Source: Promethearchaeia archaeon (lineage in GTDB: Archaea; Asgardarchaeota; Lokiarchaeia; Sigyniarchaeales; SOKP01). Taken from it: DNA of 14,063 bases. Positions 1-6,693 of the stretch are shown in pieces. Under the pieces are notes generated by a model. The model saw only the letters and a list, made by a program, of their open reading frames with translations, was not told the origin of the DNA and made no database searches. The position numbers and the translations under genes were made by a program. Numbering within the stretch: position 1 is the first letter of the stretch; the number at the start of each line of letters is the position of its first letter. The DNA lies in assembly GCA_029856125.1 (NCBI GenBank), contig JAHQWJ010000145.1:1-14063 (forward strand). The letters are read 5' to 3'.

Positions 1-459
1 CTATGGATGGATGAAAGTTTTAATAACACTATCTCGGGAAATGTTATGAATAACAATAATTGGAGTGGGATAATTTTAATAGATAGTAATTACAACGTCA
101 TCTTGGGAAACACCGCATTTTATAATACCGAATGTGGGATAATTCTTTTCGAAAGCATTTACAACACCATTTCAAGAAATACCGCAAATTACAACCAGTG
201 GGGGATATTTCTTTACACTAGTAGTTATAACACCATTTCGGGAAACAATTTAATAGGGAATGATGAATGCATCGTTGAAGTAAACTGTCAAGGAAATGTA
301 ATTCAAGATAATGATTGTACACTTAATGATACGACATCATTAAATTACCTGCCAAGTATTCTCATTATTTCTACTGCAATTATTGGAGTTTCTGTTTTTA
401 TGATATATAAAAATCGTAAAATGTTTAGGAAACCACAACAGGACATGGATTTCTTATGA
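1..459 (+). CDS. Right-handed parallel beta-helix (NosD/CASH-type) surface protein, C-terminal part with membrane anchor (5'-truncated by the window)
   Basis: Frame is open from base 1 (CTA TGG ATG...). It has ~22-23 aa repeats NNTISGN/YNVILGN/YNTISRN/YNTISGN, each with GIxL, a C-terminal hydrophobic helix (ILIISTAIIGVSVFMIY) and a basic tail KNRKMFRK. Confidence 0.85.
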   Translation, partial: LWMDESFNNTISGNVMNNNNWSGIILIDSNYNVILGNTAFYNTECGIILFESIYNTISRNTANYNQWGIFLYTSSYNTISGNNLIGNDECIVEVNCQGNVIQDNDCTLNDTTSLNYLPSILIISTAIIGVSVFMIYKNRKMFRKPQQDMDFL

Positions 460-497
460 CACCAAGTAGGAGAAAGTATAAAAAGGAATGACTTCGA

Positions 498-1019
498 ATG
501 ACATATAGATCCTCGAAATCAAAAAATAGAACTTCACTTGCAATGTCAGATTCTGATGTAAAAGCACAAAAAGTAAAGGATAATCGGGAAAAAGTATTGC
601 AAGGTAAGACTCTCCAAGTATATTGGTATATTTTGACTCATCATCGCGCGGGAGTACGGGAAATTCAAAAGGCATTAAAAATGGTATCTCCTGGAACTGT
701 TACCTATCAATTAAATAAATTAGTGAAAGCTGGGATTGTTACAAAAAACGATAAAGATGGAAAATATTACGTGAAGGAAGGAGTAAAAAAGGGCGTGTTA
801 GGGTTTTATTTTCGCTTAGGACATTTTATGATTCCCCGATATTCTTTATACTTAGTTATTAATATTCTAGGTGTTATAGTATATGTATATCTTGCGATCT
901 TTTATGGTGATGCATTTATTACCAATCCAGCTAGCCTACTTTTTCTGTTTTTTATAATTTATTGCACTTCTGTATTTATTTATGAATCGATGAAAATTTG
1001 GAAACGAAAACCTACCTAA
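498..1019 (+). CDS. Winged helix-turn-helix protein (ArsR/LexA-like wHTH) with two C-terminal transmembrane helices; putative membrane-anchored transcription regulator
   Basis: GKTLQVYWYIL..AGVREIQKALKMVSPGTVTYQLNKLVKAGIV..DGKYYV is an HTH plus wing, followed by two hydrophobic segments (YSLYLVINILGVIVYVYLAIFY; LLFLFFIIYCTSVFIY). The true start may be the ATG at 543. Confidence 0.8.
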   Translation: MTYRSSKSKNRTSLAMSDSDVKAQKVKDNREKVLQGKTLQVYWYILTHHRAGVREIQKALKMVSPGTVTYQLNKLVKAGIVTKNDKDGKYYVKEGVKKGVLGFYFRLGHFMIPRYSLYLVINILGVIVYVYLAIFYGDAFITNPASLLFLFFIIYCTSVFIYESMKIWKRKPT

Positions 1020-1059
1020 TTAACAAAAAATAAATTATCGTTATTTGGGATACCGTGAG

Positions 1060-1185
1060 ATGACCAAGGCATCATTGAGAGTTAATTCGCAAAAACTCGG
1101 AGTGGAAGAGGTTAAAACCCAAATAGTTCTTGATAGAATCAAGGAAGATACGACAATAATTTTTCCAGAAATTGAAGAAAAGTAG
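1060..1185 (+). pseudogene. 41-aa ORF resembling the C-terminal end of an Lrp/AsnC ligand-binding (RAM) domain; probable gene remnant
   Basis: Hand translation gives MTKASLRVNSQKLGVEEVKTQIVLDRIKEDTTIIFPEIEEK*. GVEEVKTQIVLDRIKE matches the Lrp/AsnC terminal pattern GVxxxxTxIVLxxIKE. There is no HTH upstream (in-frame TAA at 1021). Confidence 0.5.
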
Positions 1186-1245
1186 AATTCAATCATTCCT
1201 GGGAAGATAATTTTTCTTACCCAATAATCTAACCCAATAAGAGTT

Positions 1246-1593
1246 CTAGCTCCAAAAAAGCGAAACTACAGTGATCACAACCAAACATAACAGACCAACT
1301 ACCGTAAACGGTATTCCAAATAAAGGATATACTACGAGTGTAATAGCGAAACTTAAAAGTAGCATTATTAAACTAATTATACCAATCACATTCAACCTTT
1401 TCCTTATAATACGCGCCCTATCGGAGAGAATATTTTCCGGATAGGAATTCCCCGTTGGTACAATCTCTATATTACCTGAATCACAGCTAGTACATTGCTG
1501 TAAATCCTCTATAAACTCCCTCTCACCGACAACACGCTCATAGTCACATGAGTAACACTTCAATTTCAACTCTATCATAACTTTTGAGTTCAC
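1246..1593 (-). CDS. Zinc-ribbon (CxxC...CxxC) protein with two C-terminal TM helices
   Basis: CYSC and CTSC pairs (CTSCDSGNIEI resembles the HypA/FmdB-type knuckle), a basic stretch RARIIRKR, then two hydrophobic helices. GTG start, or ATG at 1578. Confidence 0.75.
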   Translation of the reverse strand: MNSKVMIELKLKCYSCDYERVVGEREFIEDLQQCTSCDSGNIEIVPTGNSYPENILSDRARIIRKRLNVIGIISLIMLLLSFAITLVVYPLFGIPFTVVGLLCLVVITVVSLFWS

Positions 1594-1692
1594 CTCATAC
1601 TATTAAACCTAAAAAGATCATTAACATATATTAATGTTCTCATCGTTTTATCGAGATGTTGAGGAATAAAAATTCAAAATCATTCCAACGGG

Positions 1693-1700
1693 TTTTATAA
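1693..1700 (+). promoter_or_regulatory. Putative archaeal TATA box for the ubiquitin-like gene
   Basis: TTTTATAA lies about 50 nt upstream of ATG 1752, and a GTGA SD-like motif sits at 1743-1746. Confidence 0.4.
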
Positions 1701-1751
1701 TACCTAATTAACATGAGAGTATTAATCTCAAAAAAACTAAATGTGATTTGA

Positions 1752-2084
1752 ATGAGTTTTGAAGAAGATTTTGATGAAGAATTAGAACCAGTTAAATCCA
1801 AAACACCAGCTTCAAAGACATCTTCCTCAGGGAAAAAGTCCACCTTGTACTTCATGTCCACCATCGGTCCTGGTGAAAAGAAGGAAAAATTAACCGTGAA
1901 TGACGCCAATAGAGTAAGTGACATCAAAGATACTTTAGGAAATTTATTCGGGCTCGATCCTGACGAGTTTCACTTATCATCTGGGGGAGTTACTAGGGAT
2001 GATAATGATCAATTAAGAGATTATAATTTAAGTAATGGTGACGACATTCTATTAATTCCTGCCAGTACTGCTGGTATTTTATAA
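1752..2084 (+). CDS. Ubiquitin-like (beta-grasp) protein with an acidic/Ser-Lys-rich N-terminal extension
   Basis: The core TLYFMST..KEKLTV..NRVSDIKDTLGNLFGLDPDEFHLSSGGVTRDDNDQLRDYNLSNGDDILLIP follows the ubiquitin layout (cf. [37 protein letters not shown]). The protein ends PASTAG-IL. Confidence 0.8.
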   Translation: MSFEEDFDEELEPVKSKTPASKTSSSGKKSTLYFMSTIGPGEKKEKLTVNDANRVSDIKDTLGNLFGLDPDEFHLSSGGVTRDDNDQLRDYNLSNGDDILLIPASTAGIL

Positions 2085-2109
2085 GAAGAATTTAATTTTC
2101 TATTTCCTC

Positions 2110-2119
2110 TTTTTTTTTT
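2110..2119 (+). terminator. Oligo-T archaeal-type terminator after the ubiquitin-like gene
   Basis: A T10 run within a pyrimidine-rich tract about 25 nt after the stop codon. Confidence 0.55.
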
Positions 2120-2176
2120 ATAACTTTAGATAAGAAAATATAAAAGTTTGTATAATTATTTAGATAGTGAGATAAT

Positions 2177-2377
2177 ATGACATCTAATCTTAAGGAAGAG
2201 ATTATAGAACTAATAAAAAAATTGCCAGAAAATGCTACAATTGATGATATTATGTATCATCTTTATGTTAAAAAAAAGATAATTGCTGGTATTGAAGAAA
2301 TTGAGCAAGGAAGAGTAATTCCTCATGAACAAGTCATGGAAAATGCTAAAAAGAGATTGGAACAATGGCTGAAATAG
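2177..2377 (+). CDS. Putative antitoxin of a type II toxin-antitoxin module
   Basis: 66 aa, charged (KEEIIELIKKLPENATIDDIMYHLYV..KIxxGIEEIEQGRVIPHEQV), typical of partners of RelE/ParE toxins. It overlaps the downstream toxin by 13 nt. Confidence 0.8.
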   Translation: MTSNLKEEIIELIKKLPENATIDDIMYHLYVKKKIIAGIEEIEQGRVIPHEQVMENAKKRLEQWLK

Positions 2378-2655
2378 AATGGTCATTAAAAGCAGAAAAT
2401 GATTTGAATGAAATTATTGATTATATTGCTCAAGACTCACTTGAATACGCTCTTTCATTTTATGAAGAAGTACGTGAGAAAGTTGAAAATTTAATTCAAT
2501 TTCCGAAAATGGGAAGAATAGTGCCCGAGCTCGATGAGTCTAACATTCGAGAATTAATCTTAAGAAATTACCGTATTATTTATAGGATTTTAGGAGAAAA
2601 GATTCAAATAGTAAGATTATTTCACGGCTCAAGAATTATAGATTTTGAATTTTAA
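2365..2655 (+). CDS. RelE/ParE family toxin
   Basis: IEWSLKAENDLNEIIDYIAQDS...L.QFPKMGRIVPE...IRELI..NYRIIYRI....IQIVRLFHGSR is the typical RelE/ParE (plasmid stabilisation) pattern. Confidence 0.9.
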   Translation: MAEIEWSLKAENDLNEIIDYIAQDSLEYALSFYEEVREKVENLIQFPKMGRIVPELDESNIRELILRNYRIIYRILGEKIQIVRLFHGSRIIDFEF

Positions 2656-2758
2656 TTGAAATTATTAAAAATAATTAAATATTCCATAAATTAGAATAGC
2701 TATTGTTAACCATCTTTATTTTAAATATTTCAATAAAAATTGGAAGCAGCAATCTAGA

Positions 2759-3229
2759 ATGAAGCAATTAAATCCAAAATGGGTAGATTTTGTAAAATCA
2801 GTTGTAAACGGCAGTGGTTACTTTAAAAATCAGAAGATGAAGATATTAGATTTAAAATACGGTGAGTCCTTCGTAGAAATAGAACTCGATCGCAAGCACC
2901 TCCAAGGATATGGATATGTTCACGGTGGAGTTTACTCTGCTCTAATTGATAGCGCCGGGTTTTTTTCCGTTTACACTCGAGTCGAGGGTGATGATAGTGC
3001 AGCTACGATTGAGATGAAAGTGAATTATTTATCTAGCATCAAAAATGGCAAATTGTTAGCTTACGCTCGCTGTATAACTTTAGGGAAGAGTATTGGCTTA
3101 GCAGAAGTAACGATCAAAAATGAGGAGGACAAACTTTTAGCTCATGGTACAGTGACCGTGATGGTAAAACCACCTTTAAAAAATCTAGCTGCAGCCATGT
3201 TACCCCCTAAATTTACTGAATCTAACTAG
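2759..3229 (+). CDS. PaaI-family (hotdog-fold) acyl-CoA thioesterase
   Basis: HLQGYGYVHGGVYSALIDSA motif, TIEMKVNYL, GKSIGLAEVTI and LLAHGTVT. Confidence 0.9.
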   Translation: MKQLNPKWVDFVKSVVNGSGYFKNQKMKILDLKYGESFVEIELDRKHLQGYGYVHGGVYSALIDSAGFFSVYTRVEGDDSAATIEMKVNYLSSIKNGKLLAYARCITLGKSIGLAEVTIKNEEDKLLAHGTVTVMVKPPLKNLAAAMLPPKFTESN

Positions 3230-3348
3230 AATATTCTCTATTCCAACAATAAAAAATCGGACTCCTTAAATGTTAAAGATATACAAAAGGTTTAGATTTA
3301 GTAACAATTCTCTAATAGAATTATATTTAAAAATAAATGATGTAAAAA

Positions 3349-4815
3349 ATGAACGATCTAAATTTTCAAAGCATTGAGCAAGAAGAAATATCCTCTTCAA
3401 GAGGATTTGAAGAAAGAACCTCTTTCTTTCAGATTGATTTTCTAAAAGCAGTAATGATATTTCTGGTGATTTTTGATCACTTTGTATATTGGGACGTCAA
3501 AGGTGAGATTGGGGCCGCTCTCTGGGAAAGAATCTCAATACCCGTCTTTTTGGTAATACTTGGATTTAATATGGGGCTTTCGTTTAAAAGACAAGGTGCT
3601 ACAACGCTAAAACAATTATATTCTTGGAGTTATTTCAAGAAGAAAATTTTACGCTATGTTGTCCCTTTTCTTATTCTGTATGCAGCATCAACATTTATTG
3701 GTTTGTTTATGTATGGATTCGATTTCATTGCGATGTATGATACTCAATATTACCCCGACCACGGAATTATTAATTTATTTACTCTAATAATGCCTTTTTG
3801 GGGACCGGGTAATTGGTTCATTCCCGTTTTAATGGGATCAATTCTCGTCGTACCTTTATTATATTGGTGTTTTACTAAAAAACCGGTAATCGCATTAATT
3901 TCAACGTTCGTCATTGAAATAGTCCTGCAAATTACTGTTTTTTTTGTATTTGGTGATATTACATCTTATGAAGAATCACATTACTTAAGCGTGTTCATGA
4001 CTAGTATCCTATTTTATCTTTCAGCTGTGGGGTTAGGTATATGGTTTTCATTTGGTCATAAGCTTACTGAAAAAAGAAACATCTTCATATATGTATTATT
4101 TCTAATTAGCTTGGTATATTTAATTGCCTATCAATTTTATGACTTTCGATTTAGGCTTGATGGCACGCCCCTTCTAAGAGGAGACTATCATTTCTTGGCT
4201 TTTCCGTACTCCGCATTATTAGTTTTGCTTGCGCTTAAACTTTTACCAAATGCTTCAAATAGAAAAATCTCGAGGACAGTTTCTTTAATTGGAAAATCAA
4301 CGTATCACATATTACTCACCCAGATATTGGGATTTGGAATGCTTAAAGCTTGGTGGGGGACGCACTATGGAATATTTATTCCTTTCGATCCTTTTGAGTT
4401 AATAGATTTAGCAGTACTTTGGCTTGTATTTATTTGGTTAGGTATAATTTGGTATAAAATTGATCATCAAAAAGATTTAACAAGAAGGATATTATATTAC
4501 CTCAATTTTTTCATTCTATTTCCATGTATTTTGTTTCTAACTTTCTGGATACAAGGTTTCTGGACTCCAATACCACTACTGGTGATAATAATTTATGGGA
4601 TCGCTGCTACAATACTACATTTTATCATTAAAAAACCGATAGATACAAAGATAGTAGGTGTATGGACAGGATTTTTAATAGTAAGCTTTATTTCGATGAT
4701 TCTTCAAGTCACAGTTTTCTTACCAAGCGAATTTTGGATTCTATTAATTCCTATGGGAGCTTACTTTGTTTTTGCGTTGTGTTTTACGCTATCCAATAAA
4801 ACCGAAGGAAATTAA
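3349..4815 (+). CDS. Acyltransferase-3 (OafA/OatA-like) integral membrane acyltransferase with extra C-terminal TM helices
   Basis: IDFLKAVMIFLVIFDH (TM1 motif), IPVFLVILGF, YFKKKILRYVVPF, GNWFI and IGKSTYHILLTQ, with many hydrophobic helices. Confidence 0.8.
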   Translation: MNDLNFQSIEQEEISSSRGFEERTSFFQIDFLKAVMIFLVIFDHFVYWDVKGEIGAALWERISIPVFLVILGFNMGLSFKRQGATTLKQLYSWSYFKKKILRYVVPFLILYAASTFIGLFMYGFDFIAMYDTQYYPDHGIINLFTLIMPFWGPGNWFIPVLMGSILVVPLLYWCFTKKPVIALISTFVIEIVLQITVFFVFGDITSYEESHYLSVFMTSILFYLSAVGLGIWFSFGHKLTEKRNIFIYVLFLISLVYLIAYQFYDFRFRLDGTPLLRGDYHFLAFPYSALLVLLALKLLPNASNRKISRTVSLIGKSTYHILLTQILGFGMLKAWWGTHYGIFIPFDPFELIDLAVLWLVFIWLGIIWYKIDHQKDLTRRILYYLNFFILFPCILFLTFWIQGFWTPIPLLVIIIYGIAATILHFIIKKPIDTKIVGVWTGFLIVSFISMILQVTVFLPSEFWILLIPMGAYFVFALCFTLSNKTEGN

Positions 4816-4830
4816 TTATCAAATTCACTC

Positions 4831-4850
4831 TTTTTTTTTAATTTTTTATT
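4831..4850 (+). terminator. Oligo-T terminator after the acyltransferase, between convergent genes
   Basis: TTTTTTTTTAATTTTTTATT begins 15 nt after the stop codon at 4815. Confidence 0.5.
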
Positions 4851-4857
4851 CTGAATA

Positions 4858-5142
4858 TCACTTGAAGTCTGAAATTTTCTTATTTAACCAATCTAAAAAC
4901 ACTTTGTAGATTTTGTTTGGAACCGCTTGATATTGATAAATAATTTCGTGATGCGAGAAGAAAAATTGAGCAAATGATGTTAATCCCGAGGGAATGAAGT
5001 GATCATAATTGTCCACCATCATCATTTTGACAATTGCAGCCAAAAAATAATTAATATCTACTTTCATTTGATTTAAGGCATCAGCATCGTCAATCTTCTC
5101 AAAATCTATTGACTTCTTTTCCTTAAATTTTTTTTTTCCCAT
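4858..5142 (-). CDS. Hypothetical protein, 94 aa (possibly a remnant)
   Basis: ATG-started ORF with a Lys-rich N-terminus that fills the gap between genes. No family confidently recognised. Confidence 0.4.
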   Translation of the reverse strand: MGKKKFKEKKSIDFEKIDDADALNQMKVDINYFLAAIVKMMMVDNYDHFIPSGLTSFAQFFFSHHEIIYQYQAVPNKIYKVFLDWLNKKISDFK

Positions 5143-5220
5143 GGTGTTTTATAATTGGATAGGATTTCTATTAATTTTTAGTTAAAGGTTTTGACCAATC
5201 AACTATCATCCAAATGAAAT

Positions 5221-5236
5221 AAAAAAAGAAAAAAAA
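5221..5236 (-). terminator. Oligo-T terminator (minus strand) after the 5244-5621 gene
   Basis: A7-G-A8 on the plus strand reads as a T-run on the minus strand, 7 nt past the stop codon. Confidence 0.45.
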
Positions 5237-5243
5237 TTAATGC

Positions 5244-5621
5244 CTAATAAACAAATATAGAAGCTACGTATATGATTACGGGCGATAGACTAATAAATAA
5301 AAAGACTATACCAGAGATAAGTCCGATTATGGAAGTTCCTCTTACAATATCAACGTTTATCCCTTCTCCCGCAGTAATTACCGAAATTAGTAGGATTGGC
5401 GTCGCAAATGAAATACTGAGATTGCTAAAATTAATCGATACTACTATAACCCCAATCAAAACGAATATCAATGATGTAATGCCATACATAGGCAAAATTT
5501 TCTTTTCATTCTTATTATCTATCGCTACGGGATTGGTAGTTATTTCAGATACAATTGTATCAACTACACTCCTATTTTTTTCCGTCTGTATACAATATTC
5601 TATCATAATTATAATGAACAT
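5244..5621 (-). CDS. Small membrane protein (DUF4190-like, about 3 TM)
   Basis: Polar N-terminus, then YGITSLIFVLIG..., a hydrophobic middle and RGTSIIGLISGIVF, which resembles the DUF4190 pattern. A minus-strand T-run follows. The start is uncertain. Confidence 0.5.
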   Translation of the reverse strand: MFIIIMIEYCIQTEKNRSVVDTIVSEITTNPVAIDNKNEKKILPMYGITSLIFVLIGVIVVSINFSNLSISFATPILLISVITAGEGINVDIVRGTSIIGLISGIVFLFISLSPVIIYVASIFVY

Positions 5622-5786
5622 TCTGCACTATTATTAGTTTTCAGTCTAAAACTTTGATTGGACCCTTAACATTATTTTAGACTTAAGCATGAAAGAATTG
5701 GCTTCTAATGAAATATTATAATAAGGTTTAAACTTTTTATTAAAAAGACTATTTCGTTATCATAGCGTCTATTTATATAATTATGT

Positions 5787-6644
5787 ATGTGTGAAAGTAT
5801 GGAATTTGAGACGATAAAGTTCGAATTGGAGGAAAATGGTATAGGATTTTTGACATTTAACAGACCAGAAAAAGCCAATGCGATATCTTTTCAGATGGTT
5901 GAGGACCTTCATTCTTTGTTAGATACATTAATGACTAATCTTGATTGCCGGGTCCTGATAATGAAAGCAGAAGGAAAGGTGTTTAATGCCGGTCAGGATT
6001 TGAGCGATGCCACAGCATTAAAATCAAAAAAGAAACCGGATCATCTCAAGAAATATTATTTTTTAGATGTTCCCGAAATAGTTAAAAGCTTTATGTATTA
6101 TCAATGGAGGATTGCGGATCTTATTATTAAGATGCGAAAGATTTCGCAACCGATTATTGCTGTAATCCAAGGTGCTGCAATGGGTGCGGGATTTTCTATT
6201 GTAATGGCTGCTGATATCCGCCTAGCCGGGAAGAATGCCAAATTCAACGCGGGTTATATAAATATAGGGTTAACAGGGGCGGATATGGGGAGTAGTTATT
6301 TTCTTCCGCGTCTCATAGGATTGTCGAGAGCATCCGAAATATTGTATACGGGAAGATTTTTAGGTGCTGAAGAGGCTACAAAAATAGGTTTTGTTTTGAA
6401 GATTGTCGAGGAAGAGAAATTGGTTGATTCAGCAATTGAAATGGCGAGGGAAATGCTAACGAAGAGCCCTTTGGGCTTAAGGATGACAAAACAAGCGATA
6501 AATCTCTCCCTTGATTCTCCGAGTTTAGAAACAATTATCCAATTAGAAAACCGTGGGCAAGTTTTAGCAGGTAGTTCTGCAGATGTGTGGGAAGCATTTA
6601 CTGCATACATGGATAAAAGAGATCCAAAATTTCCCTTAAGGTAA
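5787..6644 (+). CDS. Enoyl-CoA hydratase/isomerase (crotonase) family protein
   Basis: LTFNRPEKANAI, FNAGQDL (oxyanion 1), QPIIAVIQGAAMGAGFSIVMAADIR, LPRLIGLSRASE and AYMDKRDPKF. Likely start is ATG 5799. Confidence 0.95.
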   Translation: MCESMEFETIKFELEENGIGFLTFNRPEKANAISFQMVEDLHSLLDTLMTNLDCRVLIMKAEGKVFNAGQDLSDATALKSKKKPDHLKKYYFLDVPEIVKSFMYYQWRIADLIIKMRKISQPIIAVIQGAAMGAGFSIVMAADIRLAGKNAKFNAGYINIGLTGADMGSSYFLPRLIGLSRASEILYTGRFLGAEEATKIGFVLKIVEEEKLVDSAIEMAREMLTKSPLGLRMTKQAINLSLDSPSLETIIQLENRGQVLAGSSADVWEAFTAYMDKRDPKFPLR

Positions 6645-6693
6645 TTCTCAAATAAATGATTAAAAAAATAACAATAGTAACTTTTAATGAATC

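Noticed and set aside
20-250. Recurrent TA(C/T)AACACCATTTC/GGGAAA nucleotide motifs at about 66-69 nt spacing as a possible CRISPR or tandem array
   Set aside because: Explained by in-frame beta-helix coding repeats; the copies are degenerate at the DNA level.
454-675. 73-aa minus-strand ORF
   Set aside because: Antisense shadow of the wHTH gene with no motif.
1640-1927. 95-aa minus-strand ORF
   Set aside because: Antisense to the better supported ubiquitin-like gene; its composition mirrors the opposite strand.
1752-2084. Calling the Ubl canonical ubiquitin, SAMP/MoaD or UFM1 with a gene symbol
   Set aside because: There is no terminal di-Gly and core similarity to UFM1 is weak by eye, so orthology cannot be established without a search.
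5272-5637. 121-aa plus-strand Ile-rich ORF
   Set aside because: Antisense mirror of the minus-strand membrane protein, which has the better TM pattern and a T-run terminator.
5722-5736. Palindrome around GTTTAAAC upstream of the crotonase
   Set aside because: Short and AT-rich, and probably just the promoter TATA region.
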